Source: Nymphaea colorata
Taxonomy: Eukaryota
Direction: 5' to 3'
Length of the DNA stretch: 64,000 nt
Assembly (NCBI RefSeq): GCF_008831285.2
Contig: NC_045138.2
Span: forward strand, 8,308,001-8,372,000
Of the stretch, positions 1-13,514 are shown in pieces. Under the pieces are notes generated by a model, which was not told the origin of the DNA, searched no databases, and saw nothing but the letters and a program-made list of their open reading frames with translations. The translations under genes were made by a program, and so were the position numbers. Every line of letters starts with the position of its first letter. The stretch's first letter is position 1.

Positions 1-803
1 CTTAAACCACCCATGTTTAACCATATTAAATGTATACTTGTGACATACTATCATCTTTGCCAAAATTTTTCTTATTTTCTCTATTTTTAGGTTAGCACCT
101 TTAACCATCAAATAGTTTGGTAGCCCTGAAGATTCACTAATGCCAAAACTCACGTTTGTTTTTTCATATTGTAGCGTACAACTACAATACACGTATGTCT
201 TCTCATTGACAATGTGCTTCCCCCGACACCTATTACAAAAGTTAGTTTGCAATATTTACATGTGCCCTTCTTCACACCAGCCACAATTATTTCTTCAAAA
301 AATCCAAACTGATGAAGTTTTTTGTTCTTTGACTGTTTGCATTGTGCATACTGTCTTCAATTTTACCATTGGAAACATCCTCATTTTCAGGTGATGCAAT
401 ATAAGTTGGATCTATGCTATCACTCACCATATATTGTTGTGTTGAATATTTCAATACAATAAGTCAGTTCAATGAACTTGTGCTTGAATCATATAGTGAC
501 TGTTTTCATCTGTTTTGCATTTTCTCTTGACGTTAACATTATTCTACTTCACAAAAACAAAAGTAAATACTAAAGATAAATGTTAACATCAATAAACATA
601 TATGCTAATATCACTAAAGGTTCACATTCAGTTGTTCGAATTGAATCCATAAGATGCAAAGTCCAACATTTACTAAGAAAAACGAGTGGTGGAACATTGT
701 GATGAAGGACTACAATCAAGTCTCTGCATCCTATATGAAGTTTGAGGCATTTAAAATGGTAGGTAGCCTAAGTGATCAACCAAGCTTAGCAGCCTAGGTG
801 AGT

Positions 804-806
<3 letters not shown>

Positions 807-851
<45 letters not shown>
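807..851. repeat. (TA)n microsatellite, left flank of LTR-like element
   Basis: Uninterrupted TA run directly before TGTTAACACCCC at 852. Confidence 0.95.
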
Positions 852-855
<4 letters not shown>

Positions 856-1040
856 AACACCCCAAATTTTTCCACATCAAAATTGAAGCAATGTCAAAAT
901 TTCACAAAAGAATTGTGAAAAATTACAATTTCAAAGCCAATTCCGAATCTAAAGAGCAATTTAGATTCAAATTATAAATTTGACTCATGACATGAATCCC
1001 AAAGCAGGATTACGAGTCCAAAATAGATCCAAATTAGGAT

Positions 1041-1140
1041 TTGAAATCCAAATCCAATTACAAATGTCATTTGGAATCCAAATCCAATTACAAATGTCAT
1101 TTGGAATCCAAATCCAATTACAAATGTCACTTGAAATCCA
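1041..1140. repeat. 30-bp tandem repeat, ~3.3 copies (TTGGAATCCAAATCCAATTACAAATGTCAT)
   Basis: Units begin at 1041, 1071, 1101 and 1131 (partial). Confidence 0.95.
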
Positions 1141-2227
1141 TATCTGATTGTAAAATTCAAATTTTGATTTAAATCAAGAATTGGATCTAATTCGGTTTAG
1201 AATGCTATGTGGGACCCACGTGTGGCCCCACCTTACTCGTGTGGTCAGAAGCCCACCCAAGAGGTCACACAAAATATCTTCTCTCAATTAAATAAAAAAA
1301 TCATTTTCAAAAGGAAATGAATAGGGGTTCATAAGAAAAGAGAGACATTAATCTCTCTCTCTCCCTTAGTTAAAGAAAAATCAAATTCCAAAGAAGAAGC
1401 AAGTATTAGACTTGACCTGGGTGCATCCAAATGTGGCGCCAATTTCAGCTACTCGGTCAACATGATCAACTCATTCAAAAGGGTAGGACTGTCCCGCGAC
1501 CCAATTATTGGACAAAAATAGACCCTGACTGGATCTTCACTTTGATTAACTCAATCAAAGTACAATTTAGCTCAATTAAGAGCTTTCTTAACTTAAATTT
1601 ATAGAATTACCTCAAACAAATTAAAACTACTCGCAAATGAGCTTTGATGTTGGTCAATTGGTCAAATTTCACCAATCTGGATAATTTTGCCATTCTATGA
1701 TCAAATTGGCGTTACAAAACCTAATTTAAGATTTTATGAAAGGAAAATATGCATTTGGATTTGTCAAATGCATAAATCAAATCCAAATTAAAATTCAATA
1801 TTTCAAACCAAAGTTTGATTCAATTGAAATCCACCTTCAATTAAGTTATGGATGAAAATACCCTTTTCAAACCAAATTTGACAGAATTTTCAAATTTTAT
1901 TCAAATTTTAATTGAATTGTCATAATAAAATAACATTTAGAGCTTAAAAACTAGGTTTTAACCTAACAATCTCAATTTCAAACAAAGAAAAAATAAATAG
2001 AACAAAATAAGGCAAAATCCTGCAAAAGGGCATTTTTTGTCCAAAATTTTGGTCAAAATGGGCAAATAGGTCTGAACCAAGGTAGACCACGCCAAACCCA
2101 ACCCAAATGAGCTAGGTGGGGTCAACTAGGATCATTAAAACCCTATTTAACTCATTTCATAAGTCCCCAAAGTCTTAAGTGAGTTTCGAATGTGAGTTAA
2201 GGTAGTGGTTGAACTCATCCCCTTCTC

Positions 2228-2235
2228 TATATAAA
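2228..2235 (+). promoter_or_regulatory. Putative LTR TATA box
   Basis: CTCTATATAAACCCCCC followed by a purine/pyrimidine-rich leader, typical of plant LTR promoters. Confidence 0.4.
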
Positions 2236-3197
2236 CCCCCCATTGGCAACCAAGGAGGGGGACAAATTTTTGAAGTTTTCATCAAGTTGCTTCAGCCAAG
2301 GAGCTAGGAGGGAGAAGCGAAAGAGGAGAAAGAAAATTCGTCCAAACCCCCTTCTCTCATTTTTCTCATTATCTTCTTCATTTTTCCCTATTCTCTCCAT
2401 TGATTTTGCTAAGTTAGGGTGCTTCAGTGAACTCTTAGGATTTTCATGGTGAGAAGCTCTCTCTTCCCCATTGCAAATTCCAGCAAATTATTCTTCTTCA
2501 AGCTTTGCAAAGCTCAAATATAAGTTTGGATTCTTGCTTAGGATTGTTTCATTTAGAAAACAAACAAGGAGGATGATCAATCATCAAGACTGACCAGAAG
2601 GTAGGTGACTCTAATCCATTTTCATCTATTTCATTTTCTTGCTCTTATTTTTAATTTAAGCACCCTTGGGAAGGGTTTATTTTCATTTATTTCATGGTTG
2701 GGAATGATGTCCAGCCAGGGAAGAATTACGATTAAATGTATATGTTAATACATAATGCATGCATAAGTCGGTTTTTCTAAAAGATGAACTCGTGAATGAA
2801 ATTTTAAAAAGGGCCCCAAGGTCATATCCCTTTCAAAACAACAAGCTTAAAACCATTTTGAACTCCTTACCATGAGAGAATCCCATGGTGAGAGAGTGAT
2901 TTTGCGGCAACATGTATGATGAAAATGCCTATTAAGGATGGATACATTCTTATGAATGTGATTCACCTCTACCCTTGCATGGCAGAATTATGGACGAACT
3001 AGCTTGAGCATTGTCTTGTTTTTCTTCTCATTTAAAGTCATTTTGATTCATGTCTGTCAATTTAATTGATCAAGAGTGGTGGAGGAGATTAGAAAGTAGT
3101 TTTCAAACTTCCTACGTAAAAGAACCCAGCCATGAATCATCATGATTCATGAGTCATGCGGTCCCTTGATAAAAATTCATTTTGAGGAGTAAGATAC

Positions 3198-3243
<46 letters not shown>

Positions 3244-4872
3244 TGTTAAAAGTCATTTTTCTCTTTTAAAATCAGGTTGAAACACGTTTCCAAACTAATT
3301 TTTAAGAAAGGGAGTCGTTTTATTGATTTTCGTAATACAAAGCTATGAAATCACTTTCATTTCATCTTAAATTTTCCTTTATTTTCAGCAATCCATACAT
3401 AAAGTGTATGTAAGTTGTTGAAATCAGATCATACTTTGCAAGAATTAACTTGAGAATGTCAAAGTTTACATATTTCAAATGTCAATTTTCCACCACAAAG
3501 TGGCCATGCTTTGAGCAACAATAAAAAAAATCTAAACTTATTCAATCGGTCTCCTAAAATAATTTTTATGGGCTGCTGATTTCACCCATAAATTTTCAGA
3601 CTTTGCATGAGATTAAGCCTTCTCTTAAAATATTGTAAAATTTCAACTTTCATTTCTCCCAAAAGGAAACCAACTATCTTAAAATCGTCCAAAAGAATTT
3701 GACGATCCCGTTGGTATGAAATCTGAAATTTGAATAGGTTTGAGGAAAAAATGTTTTCTAAGCATCATTATCAAAACCTAATGTGCATATTTGGCACAAA
3801 GGAAAATATATTTTCAAGAGGTGCATTCTATTTTTGATTTAGGTAGTCAAATTCCAAAAACTTGTCACTTTTGTCTAAGAAACAAGCTTTCCCTTGGACT
3901 CAATGTCTACAATTTTCGGCTATTTAAATCAACACAAGATCTGATTTTTTTTTGTAGCTATTTTGAGACAAAAGTGGATGTCATCCACGTCTCCCATCTA
4001 TTTCAAAAATTGATTTTGGCATCATTTGTATATTTTTCATCATTTTGATAATTTTTTGTTAAGTCTAAGCTTATGGACTGTATTTCTTATTCATGTGCTT
4101 AATATCATAAGTGCATTTAGAGAAAGTCCTTCATTTTAATTAAAATCAATCAACATGTTGGATTGTATGATGTGAAATTGAAGTGAATGGACTTTGAGAT
4201 ATTATGAGAGAGTGAAGCATGAATGTTCCAAATATATAAATTTTGAGAGATTATGAGAGAATGAAAGATGCATGTTTCGTATAGTTTCCCTTCTCATTTC
4301 ACACTCACTTAAAATCAATAGCACCACATGCACTTTCTCAAGAAATTAAGTGATCCAAATTAGAGTTGCAAAAGATGTCTAATTCATATTGCAACAAGAA
4401 TTTGTAAACTTCACTTAACTTCCAAAGAAAACACAAGTAATGCATTCACAATCTTAACCAAAATATGTTTAGAAAACAACACGTTTTCTAATTTTTTGGA
4501 AGCTATGTTTCATCAAAAGAATGAACTCTTCCTAATCAAATCTCAGTTTCAAATATCTTAGACCAAATCACATGATTTGGCAAAGGAGAATTCAAATTCA
4601 ATTTTGCTTGCTAAGGTAACTTCGTCATTTTTTCAAAAATTGATCATAAGATGATCACAATTTCAACCCAAAATTATCTTGAGTTCACAACAAAGAACTC
4701 AATTTCATTCTTCAAAATCCCTGATCATGGATTTCAAAACAAATGACAAAACAAAGGTATTCAAATAACTTTTTAAATCATTTTTCAAGGAATTTATTTT
4801 CAAAAACTAGTCACTTATTCAAGTTGAACTTTGATCCTTGAATCCAAAACCTCAATGCATAAGTATATAGGA

Positions 4873-5264
4873 TTTACATCAATAACTCGTACATGATCCG
4901 AATGATCCTTAGTCCTTTGTCCAACTACCCTTATTAAAGGTGGCAGGAATAGTTGGACCTCGTACCAATGGGCGGATCCATTTCTCTTGAAAATTTTCTC
5001 CAAAACCAATTTAAAAATAATTTTGCTAATTCGCATTCAATGCCCCTGAGGATGGGGTGGGGTGTATATATATATGTTTACATCAATAACTCGTATATGA
5101 TCCAAATGATCCTTAGTCCTTAGTCCAACTACCCTTATTAAAGGTGGCAAGAATACTTGGACCTTGTACCAATGGGCGGATTCATTTTTCCTGAAAATTT
5201 TCTCCAAAACCAATTTAAAATGAATTTTGCTAATTCGCATTTGATGCCCTGAGGACGGGGTGGG

Positions 5265-5270
<6 letters not shown>
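4873..5270. repeat. Tandem duplication (204-bp period) of the element's right terminus
   Basis: TTTACATCAATAACTCGTA...GGGGTGGGGTGT occurs at 4873 and 5077, each copy followed by TA repeats. Confidence 0.92.

Positions 5271-5339
<69 letters not shown>
5269..5339. repeat. (TA)n(GA)n compound microsatellite
   Basis: Read directly. Confidence 0.95.
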
Positions 5340-5342
<3 letters not shown>

Positions 5343-5849
5343 ATAAAATGTGAGTTATAATTATGACTGCAAGTATCCATACGTACACATAATCTAAAAA
5401 TCACACGAAACAAGAAAAGAAAAAAGAAAAAAAAAAACATATCATAGAAGTACAAAAAAAAATGAGGAACAACGAACCAAGTTTTAAGTTGTCCAAGAAA
5501 TGAAACCTGCACCATTGAACACTTAGGCAAGGCAAGACATCTAGGGTCATGGTAATGAACAAGGTAAATAAAAAGTAGCAGGTAACCTTGCCTATTGTTA
5601 GCCAACATCCCTACTCTTTATGTCATGAGAGAGAAACAATTCATTGAGCATGCTGGTATCCTTGGACACTGAAATTGTAATTAACAATATTGAAAAAATT
5701 TAAAAAAAGTTGACCCACTTCCAAGGTTGCTTGCTCCTTTAGAAGCCAACATGTGTCATTTTTTCATTTTTTCTTTATAAAATGTCACTAGCTAGCTTTC
5801 ACTCTCAGTGGTTTATAATTGAAAATGGCATTTGTGAAAAAAAGAGAAA

Positions 5850-5983
5850 CAAGTTGGGTTAAACGAGTTGAGCTCTATCGACTTGAAATCAACTTGTTAC
5901 AAAGTCGAGCTTTAGTTGAGGCTCAAGTGTGACTCATTTAAATGAGTCAAGCCTGAGTTGGCTCAAGTAGTTGAGCATTCCTA
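5850..5983. mobile_element. Isolated hAT-type terminus with CGAGC/TGAGC subterminal repeats
   Basis: Ends GTTGAGCATTCCTA, resembling the right end GTTGAACATCCCTA of the 21426-22759 element. Confidence 0.5.
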
Positions 5984-6029
5984 TCTTGGTATGATCCAGA
6001 ACTATTTTCAAATCCTACTATATTCCAGC

Positions 6030-6355
6030 AAATTGTTGGGACCCATTAATATTTCTCACTTACATATTTTCTGAACAAAATCTGCCAATAGACTCCTATT
6101 ACTAGTCATTGGATTGTTTAGATGAATCCTTTGTTATGTCAAACACACTATTAGTTATGGAATTTTAATCTCACATGCACAAGTTTTTGCCATTACTATT
6201 TATTCGAGTGCAGATTGGATTGGAAAACCAGATGATTGTTAGTCCACTAGTGGGTTCATTGTCTTTTTTGAAGATTCCTCGATATCATGGTCCACTTGAA
6301 TGCAACCCACGGTAGTAGACTTGAGCATAAAAGCAGAGTATCGGGCCACTTGTTG
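6030..6355 (+). mobile_element. Ty1/Copia RT-end/RNase H fragment
   Basis: Translates IYSSADWIGKPDDC*STSGFIVFF...ISWST*MQPTVV..SIKAEYRA, a degenerate ADWAG..STSG..ISW..EAEYRA. Confidence 0.8.
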
Positions 6356-8062
6356 CCACTGCGATACACTACAACAATTATACAATATAAGAACCTGCCC
6401 CTTGGATCAGTCTAAGACTGTTCCTAAGTTTTTTTTCTCTCTTGTTGTAAATACTTCATAAATACAAACTTAATACCTGTATATTTTTTGTTACTTAAAA
6501 AATTCATTCATCAATATAACTAGTTCTAAAAGAAACAAACTTCTTCAAAAACAAAACATCAATTTATTAATAGTGCCCTAAACGATTTTATTGAGGTACA
6601 GGAGCCCTTTTTTTTTTCAACGATAGCAATCCTCTTCCTCTAAAATGTCATGTAGTTATTCTTTGTAAGCCCTTGCAGGGTAATCCAATGATGTGCCTCA
6701 TTCCCCTACACCATGGAATTTTCTTTGGCCTCCTAATGATGCATTGTAATGAAACACCTCTAAAAATTCATAAAATTGCAGCAGTAACTTATCTCAAAGG
6801 CATGATAACTATAGAACTGAACAAACATGGTACTAAAAAATAGAACTAAATAATTTGAAACGTTTTATGGTCAATTCTATAAGCAGAAACAGACAAGCAT
6901 AACACACAAAAAAAGGAACTTGTGTATGGATTTTTTAAATCTAGAGTGCTTAGGTATTAGAGCAAATAATAAGCATGATGATGGTAGTGAAGAACCTACA
7001 ACATTACAAGCAACCATTGAGTTAACATTTAATATAGAGAATAATTTATCGGCAAAAAAAGAGAAGAAGAAATAGAGGATTTTTTTTCAAGGGGAACCTT
7101 AAAAAGCATATGAAAAATAACACAACCAACTGTAACCAACTTAATTATTCTCCACTGGCACAAAGAGCATATTCACAATAAGTTAAACTTTGTATTGAAT
7201 ATCACCAGTAGACGTTCTTTCCCATCATCACTTTTTACTTTATCAATAAGAAGAAAAAACCTCTAGCTGACATTCTACGAGTTTGAATGTAAATGGGGGA
7301 AAGGGAAACATGTAAAGCATGGAACTTTGTGTTTTTTGGAACATTGCATAGCAGTACCCCAATTTGCAAAATATACTAGGTCAAAAAAGTATCAGCCCTC
7401 TCAAATACTATCTTTTAGATTCCTGACTAAGCTTAGTGAAAAGGCAGGAAGACATCTTTCACATTTTGTTTAAGGAATACAAATGAAAATAAGAAACAAG
7501 CTTAGCATCAACCGTTAGAGAAGAAGCCCATCCGGATGCAGGGGCGGGACTTGGCACATACTTACTTTGTGCTCGTTTTTTGCTCATGCTGAATGAGATT
7601 GGACTTTAACAAGTTGGTTGATTGGTGGCATAAGGTTTTGTCCCACTAGTACAACTAGTGAAGCTAGATCATCTGAAAAATAAAACAAGAGTTCTCCAAG
7701 AACAAAACAGGGATTAGGAAACTTGTAATGCATCTTCTTGATGCATACAGAAGTTGCTGGTATGACCAATGAAACACCAAAAGCAATATCATTCTGAACG
7801 ATGTAATGTAGAATCTAATAGAAAACTGCATATACGTCAAATTGATGTGAACTCTAAGTTCTTTTAGAGGCTGTTTTGCAGCAGTAACACCCTATGAGTG
7901 TTCCATGCTTCTATCCCAAAGGTTGGGGCTGATTCATGAAGCACTAAAACAAGTGTTCCATGTATTTGCCTCAATCTTTTGGCCAGATTTATGTAACAAT
8001 CACAAGGTGTTTCTTATACCAAACTTCACCTTAAGAATACAACTCTCAAAAAAGTAATGAAA

Positions 8063-8103
<41 letters not shown>

Positions 8104-11100
8104 TTCTAGCTCCACAATTTTCATTTTCTAACAATTGTTTCTTTTTCATGTTACTACCACTAATGTGTTGTCACCATCATGCTGCCAACCATTACCACGT
8201 ATTTCACCATCATAGCCAGTACGACGATGGCCATTGCCATTGCTATGAAACTTTAGTAATAGATTAATTAATTTAATGTCTAATCAGTTAGGTAAATAAC
8301 AATAGTTGAAAAAGTAGGCATAGCATAGCCTGAGACAAACATAAAAATCTTACACCTATGGTTTTGAATCCTTCCTTGTATCTTATACTTCTATACTCCC
8401 GTGGAAGGGTCAACTAACAAAGCAATATGCATATCTAAGAAGAAGCCTGTGGTTTTTGCTAGTTACAATTAGCACTTAATGCTAATAGCAAGTCCAAAGT
8501 ATAACCATTAGGATTTAACAAAGAAACACCAAAGACTGCACAAAAATAATAACTAGTTAACAAGTAGCTTTTCATCTGATCAATAGACACCATATGGCCT
8601 TTCTTGAGAAATTGGGCACCAGATGCGATGCATTAAAATTTTAAACTATGTCAAGAAATCATCTCATGGTTTTATCTAATAATCCAATATATAAGCCAAA
8701 GAAATAGTAGAACCATTTCATGTTTAATATCTATGTTCCTTTAACAGCATGCTATTATTAAGCATTCAATTGGTTTAAGAAAGCTACATGTTTAGGAAAT
8801 AGACCATTTCCAAAATATTTATATAGTATACAGAAAGGCAATAACAAACAGGATAATCTAAGAGCAACATCTTGCATGGCTCTACTGAAAGTGTACTTAG
8901 CACTTAGTAGTATCAGCTTGTGCAACTTCATCATCAAAAGGGAGAATGGAGGAAACACATGCACTTCTACTGTTCTTACAACAAGTAAGACTCATTGAGC
9001 TCTTTTTCTCAGATAAGTTCTCTTTAACAATAAAAATTCTTCCTGAAAGAGTCAAGATAAGTCTCACTTTTCAATAGCAAAATTAACTATATATATACAG
9101 CAAAGCAACCTCGCTATTAGAGGTCCATTTCTTTATTATCAATTATACAACAATTTTTGAAAAATAAACAAACCAAATAGTTTGCCCCATAAAATTTATG
9201 ATCACTTCAAGTGGACGCCATTAGTGCAATGCAGACTTAGAATCCCCAACTGGAGCCAATCATCAAACACATCCCATAACAGGCCAGCTAGGAACAGGTC
9301 AAGAATTTTCAGTGGCTGATTTCCAAGTGTAGAAGGCCAGCTAGGAACTGGTCAGCAAAATTAAAACTAGAACTCACGAGTGTTCTGTGGCCATCAAGAC
9401 GGAAACTTAGAAACTTGACTCAAACACACCTAACCCATGTGTCCTATATTCTAATTCATAAAAAAAACGAATTTTAATTCTAAAATCTGAAGATATAAAT
9501 ATGCTAAGTACATATTGTAAAATACAATTGGGAAACAAGAAACATAACAAAAATAAATTAAAACTATCTTGTCAGATAGAATAACACCTATAAGAAAAAT
9601 CCCTATTGGACCCAAGATAACTTGATCTCCTACTTCTATTCCAACTAAAAAAAAAAGCAATTTTGAGAATTTCAAACCAACAAACGATTGCTTCAAAATA
9701 AAATAAAAACAAAAACTTAACTATGAAAAAGCACCAATCTAAGGATGTAGGCTTTAAATTTTGAATAACTCAAGAAAGGAGCAAGAAGATCTGCCTCAAG
9801 CAGACACCAAATAAATTTTAGGAAGATATAGAGTGGACCAACCTTTGAAAATGTTATCCAAAGTCCTCTACTTTGTTGATGAAATTTTCAAAGTGCTACT
9901 ACCAAGTGGAGGGACTCTTCCTTAGAGAAGAGGCAAACCTAGGAGATGTTGAAGTAGATGGAATAAGAAAAATAATTGGAGATTATCAGACAAAGACTGC
10001 ACAAAAGGTCTTTATAATGGATTGATCAAGTTGCAGGAATTAAGTATATTTGACGTATATTTGTGAATAATTATTGGTCATATTTTCTTTATATTTTGTT
10101 TTTCTTTGTTTTAGTTTGGTCCAGTATAGGCTTTAACAAGGCCTGGGCGCCGACGGGTACCCGGTACCCGGCCTGGTGTGGGCCCAGGTCCAGGTACAAG
10201 ATTCACCTCATCGAGCTTTCACCCATTGCATCCGGCCTGGCCCGATGATAACGGGCCAGGCCCAGGTTACATGACTTGTCCCGTTGGGGCCCGTTAAGTC
10301 GAAATTAAAATGTTAAGGGATTTCGTCTTTTCGACTTTCGGTTTCCTTTGGAAAGAGAAGGAGAGTTGTGTGACTTGAGAGTCTTGAGACATGTGAGTCC
10401 GTCGGACTGCCACCACCACCATCGCCACACCGCCGGTCCACCACCTTTGCACAAAAGCACATGCCCTACATTTGATCTGATTTATTTTGAAGCTATGCAT
10501 ATGAGGTATGAATGGATTCCTCTGTCACCCTGTGTTGTTAACCCTGCTTTGTCTTGCCAACCGCTGAAATCATGTTTTCTTGCTCTGTGGCTAAGACCCA
10601 TATTTGCTAGTTTTCAATCTAAAAGTCTCAGAAGTAGAATTGTCATTTTCAGTGCAATCATCTTTTGCTTCTTATTACTGCATATCTTCTTTGGTTTAGA
10701 TGCATGGGAATGATGCATTGTATACGTACACTCATGCTTGAGTGTTCTAATTAAATAGACTGGTGCACCATTTTGTGTTTTGTTGAGGTCTTGTTGCGGA
10801 AATTGTGGCTACCATTGGACTTTGAATGTGCTTCCGTGTTTTGTGCATTTTGTAATGCATTAAAGGTCATACCTGCCACCCCTAGGATGTTCCCATGCTG
10901 TTCTTTTTATATTTCTCTTCTTTCGTTTGTAACAGCATTACAATATTCTTGAAAGATCCAACACTACTGGCATTTAGGCCAGCTAATAGTGAGAGATATT
11001 GCAACATTTTTCATATATTGCAAGAAGATTTTAATAGTATTCTGATATTATCTCAGGAATTCTGTAAATTTTGATATGTTTGTGCTGTTAGATCGGACAT

Positions 11101-12646
11101 TGTCTCCCACTTTACAATGGTAAAGTCTAGGATGATGAACTGAACTTGCATTTTATCAGGTTGCACCAATATAATGGTCTGTGTAAGTGACGATCATCTT
11201 TGTTTATGTGTCCATAGGGAGAAGTAATTAGTGCATTTTTTATATAAGGGCATTGTTGTCTTGCATTATTTTTCTTCATCTAGGGATTGCGTATTCAATT
11301 GAAAGGTAAACAACAATGTGCTCAGTTTTGATTTTATGTCCCAAATTCCCAATGCATACACATTCTTGTGTGGTCTTACAGTAGGACCTGCTTATGGATA
11401 GTTACTCATTCCAATGTTTGATTGCATTTAGTACATAGTTTGAAGTCCTTTTTTGGCATTATGCCCTCACATCTCAACTTTTCTTTCTTTAGGTTTTTTG
11501 GTTGGCAGGTGCCGTTAGGGTGTGTGACACGTTTGCATTAGTAAATGAATCTTCACAATAAGTAAATTATAATTGTTCGCCTATTTTTTCTTTTTCTTTT
11601 TCTACACTAGTTCAGAATGGAGAGTCACTGTTAATATGAAGATTGTAGCAGGTTAATCCACAAGAATGTGGAAAAGATGAAATTATGGGTTGCAAATAAA
11701 GTTTTATAAGTATCTTAAATCTCCAAATAAGTCTTTGACTCTTTAGAGAGTAAGCTGTAGCCGCTCTTGCCAGTGCTCCAATGACAGCTTTTCCTTTGCA
11801 AGTATGATCTTCAGTGCTTAACCTCAAAAGGTTTAAGCAATACAGTTGCATATGATAAGCCATTCACTTAAATAACAACTGGACTCTTGTGATTTTTTCT
11901 TTTTATAAATGTTTGTGCTTTAAACACATCATTGAATTTTGTCCTAACTAGTAAATTTTCATACGCGTTGATTTATCTTAACCATTTGTTGAACTGATGA
12001 ACTCACTTGATGTTTTGGTATTCTTCCTCTATTTTGGGACTCGTAGTTCATTTTGAGTGGTTATGTACTTTCTTGGTTTAATTTCAATTGAATGATCTTG
12101 GAGAGAAAATTTTCATTCCAGTTGTTTCTTTCCTAAATAGTATACTACAGCAAATTTCATGGTATGCATTTTTGCCCTCTGCAAGTCTGTTGGACTTTTG
12201 TTGGATCAAGGTCTCAAAGCTCACAAAAGCTGTTTTTTCCAATCTATTTAAAATGAGGTGACTATACGTAAGTATCAATTCCTTATCAAAATTAAAAGTT
12301 TTCTCAGCACTTTCCAGGACATGCTTTCTATGCATGTCACACTTCTTGTGTATATCTTTCTTAAGTGAAGAAACAGTAACTAGCAAGAGCTCTATCCACC
12401 CATGGATTGAACTTTAGACTTAAGTATTTGTGGTTGAAGGCCAAGATGTTAATGTGTCTTGTGTGGTAGAGGTCTGCCTAAAAAAGGTAGAAAAATAACA
12501 TGTATTTATTCGAATATAGATATAAACTACACTTTATGTCACTTGCAAGTGCCAGTTATTACTAGACTACTGAACAGTAGATATTCTTGATATTCTCATG
12601 TCAATGATATTTGCACCTCGTGGGTACTTTATGCTTGAGAGTGTAG

Positions 12647-13188
12647 GAGGGTGAACAGCTTAACTGGTAGTATACCTCAAGGCCAAGGAGTTCGCTCTCT
12701 TTCACAAGTGTAAGTCCTTGAATGTTCCCATAAAAGTGAAGGAACAAATTTTTGTTCTTCATTTGGAGACTTGGAGATGCACATAATTATCGTGTGAAAG
12801 TGATAAAGTGTTATTTCTAAAATTTTGTTCTATATGTGCATCCTTTCACTTTACTGAAATATTACGCATTAGATATTATCTGATGAACAAATTTAATCAT
12901 TATCTTATGGTTAAATATTTAGAAATATAAGGCTCTGCATTTTTTATTTCCAAGCTAACATGTACTTTAGGATCATAAATTGACAACTATATAGGTGTCC
13001 CTTGAATTTCATGAGATTTGCCATGCTGTCCTTTTATAAATTGGCTTTGGATCTTCATAAATCAATTGAAAAGTAAAAATCTACTTTGTGAAATTTTTGT
13101 CTTGTTCAATGTTGTGCAGAGACTTGTTAGGTAATGAGTTAACAAGAGCTATCCCTGAGAGTTTAGGTTCTTCAAACCTACAAGTTGT
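12647..13188 (+). pseudogene. Captured two-exon fragment of an LRR receptor-like gene (malectin-like RLP4-like type)
   Basis: Exon 12647-12709 reads VNSLTGSIPQGQGVRSLSQ, then GTAAGT. The intron ends TGCAG at 13119. The 69-nt phase-2 exon 13120-13188 reads DLLGNELTRAIPESLGSSNLQVV. Confidence 0.7.
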
Positions 13189-13514
13189 ATGAGTACCTAA
13201 GTTTTATTCATGGTGCAATTTTTTTGTTGTTTTCTGTCTTCACAAACTCTTCATTATCCACTTTTTATTGTTTTGTGTCTTGACAAATGCTTGAACTTTC
13301 TTTCTTGTACAAAACTAGTAGGATATATTTAGGCTAGTAGTATATCGCCACCTGCACTGATTAGCTTTTTAGTTACTAAATTTGATTAGTTTTTTAGTTA
13401 GTGAATGATTTCATATACATGATATCATATGAATCTTATTAGCCTTTTCTTCAAATCAAGAGTTGAATCATTTCATGTATTTAGGTTGTTTGGATTCTAT
13501 TCAAATAGTAAGTT

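Larger units (their letters stand above)
852..5270 (+). mobile_element. Large non-coding solo-LTR-like element (probably Ty3/Gypsy Ogre/Tat-type LTR) embedded in (TA)n
   Basis: Starts TGTTAACACCCC and ends GGGGTGT (short inverted termini). It has TA tracts on both sides, a TATATAAA at 2228, no coding ORF, and shares a 3' motif with the LTR-like block at 25650-28400. Lineage is inferred from size and termini only. Confidence 0.55.

Noticed and set aside
630..800. AG..GTGAGT-bounded exon-like segment
   Set aside because: Stops in all three frames and no identifiable homology.
1041..1140. CRISPR-like 30-bp repeats
   Set aside because: Contiguous tandem units with no spacers, in eukaryotic LTR-like DNA.
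7490..7680. Minus-strand exon-like segment and a PSPAPASG peptide
   Set aside because: In-frame stop, no consistent neighbouring exons, and no recognisable family.
9870..9960. Possible Gypsy chromodomain remnant
   Set aside because: Requires several frameshifts; too degenerate to support.
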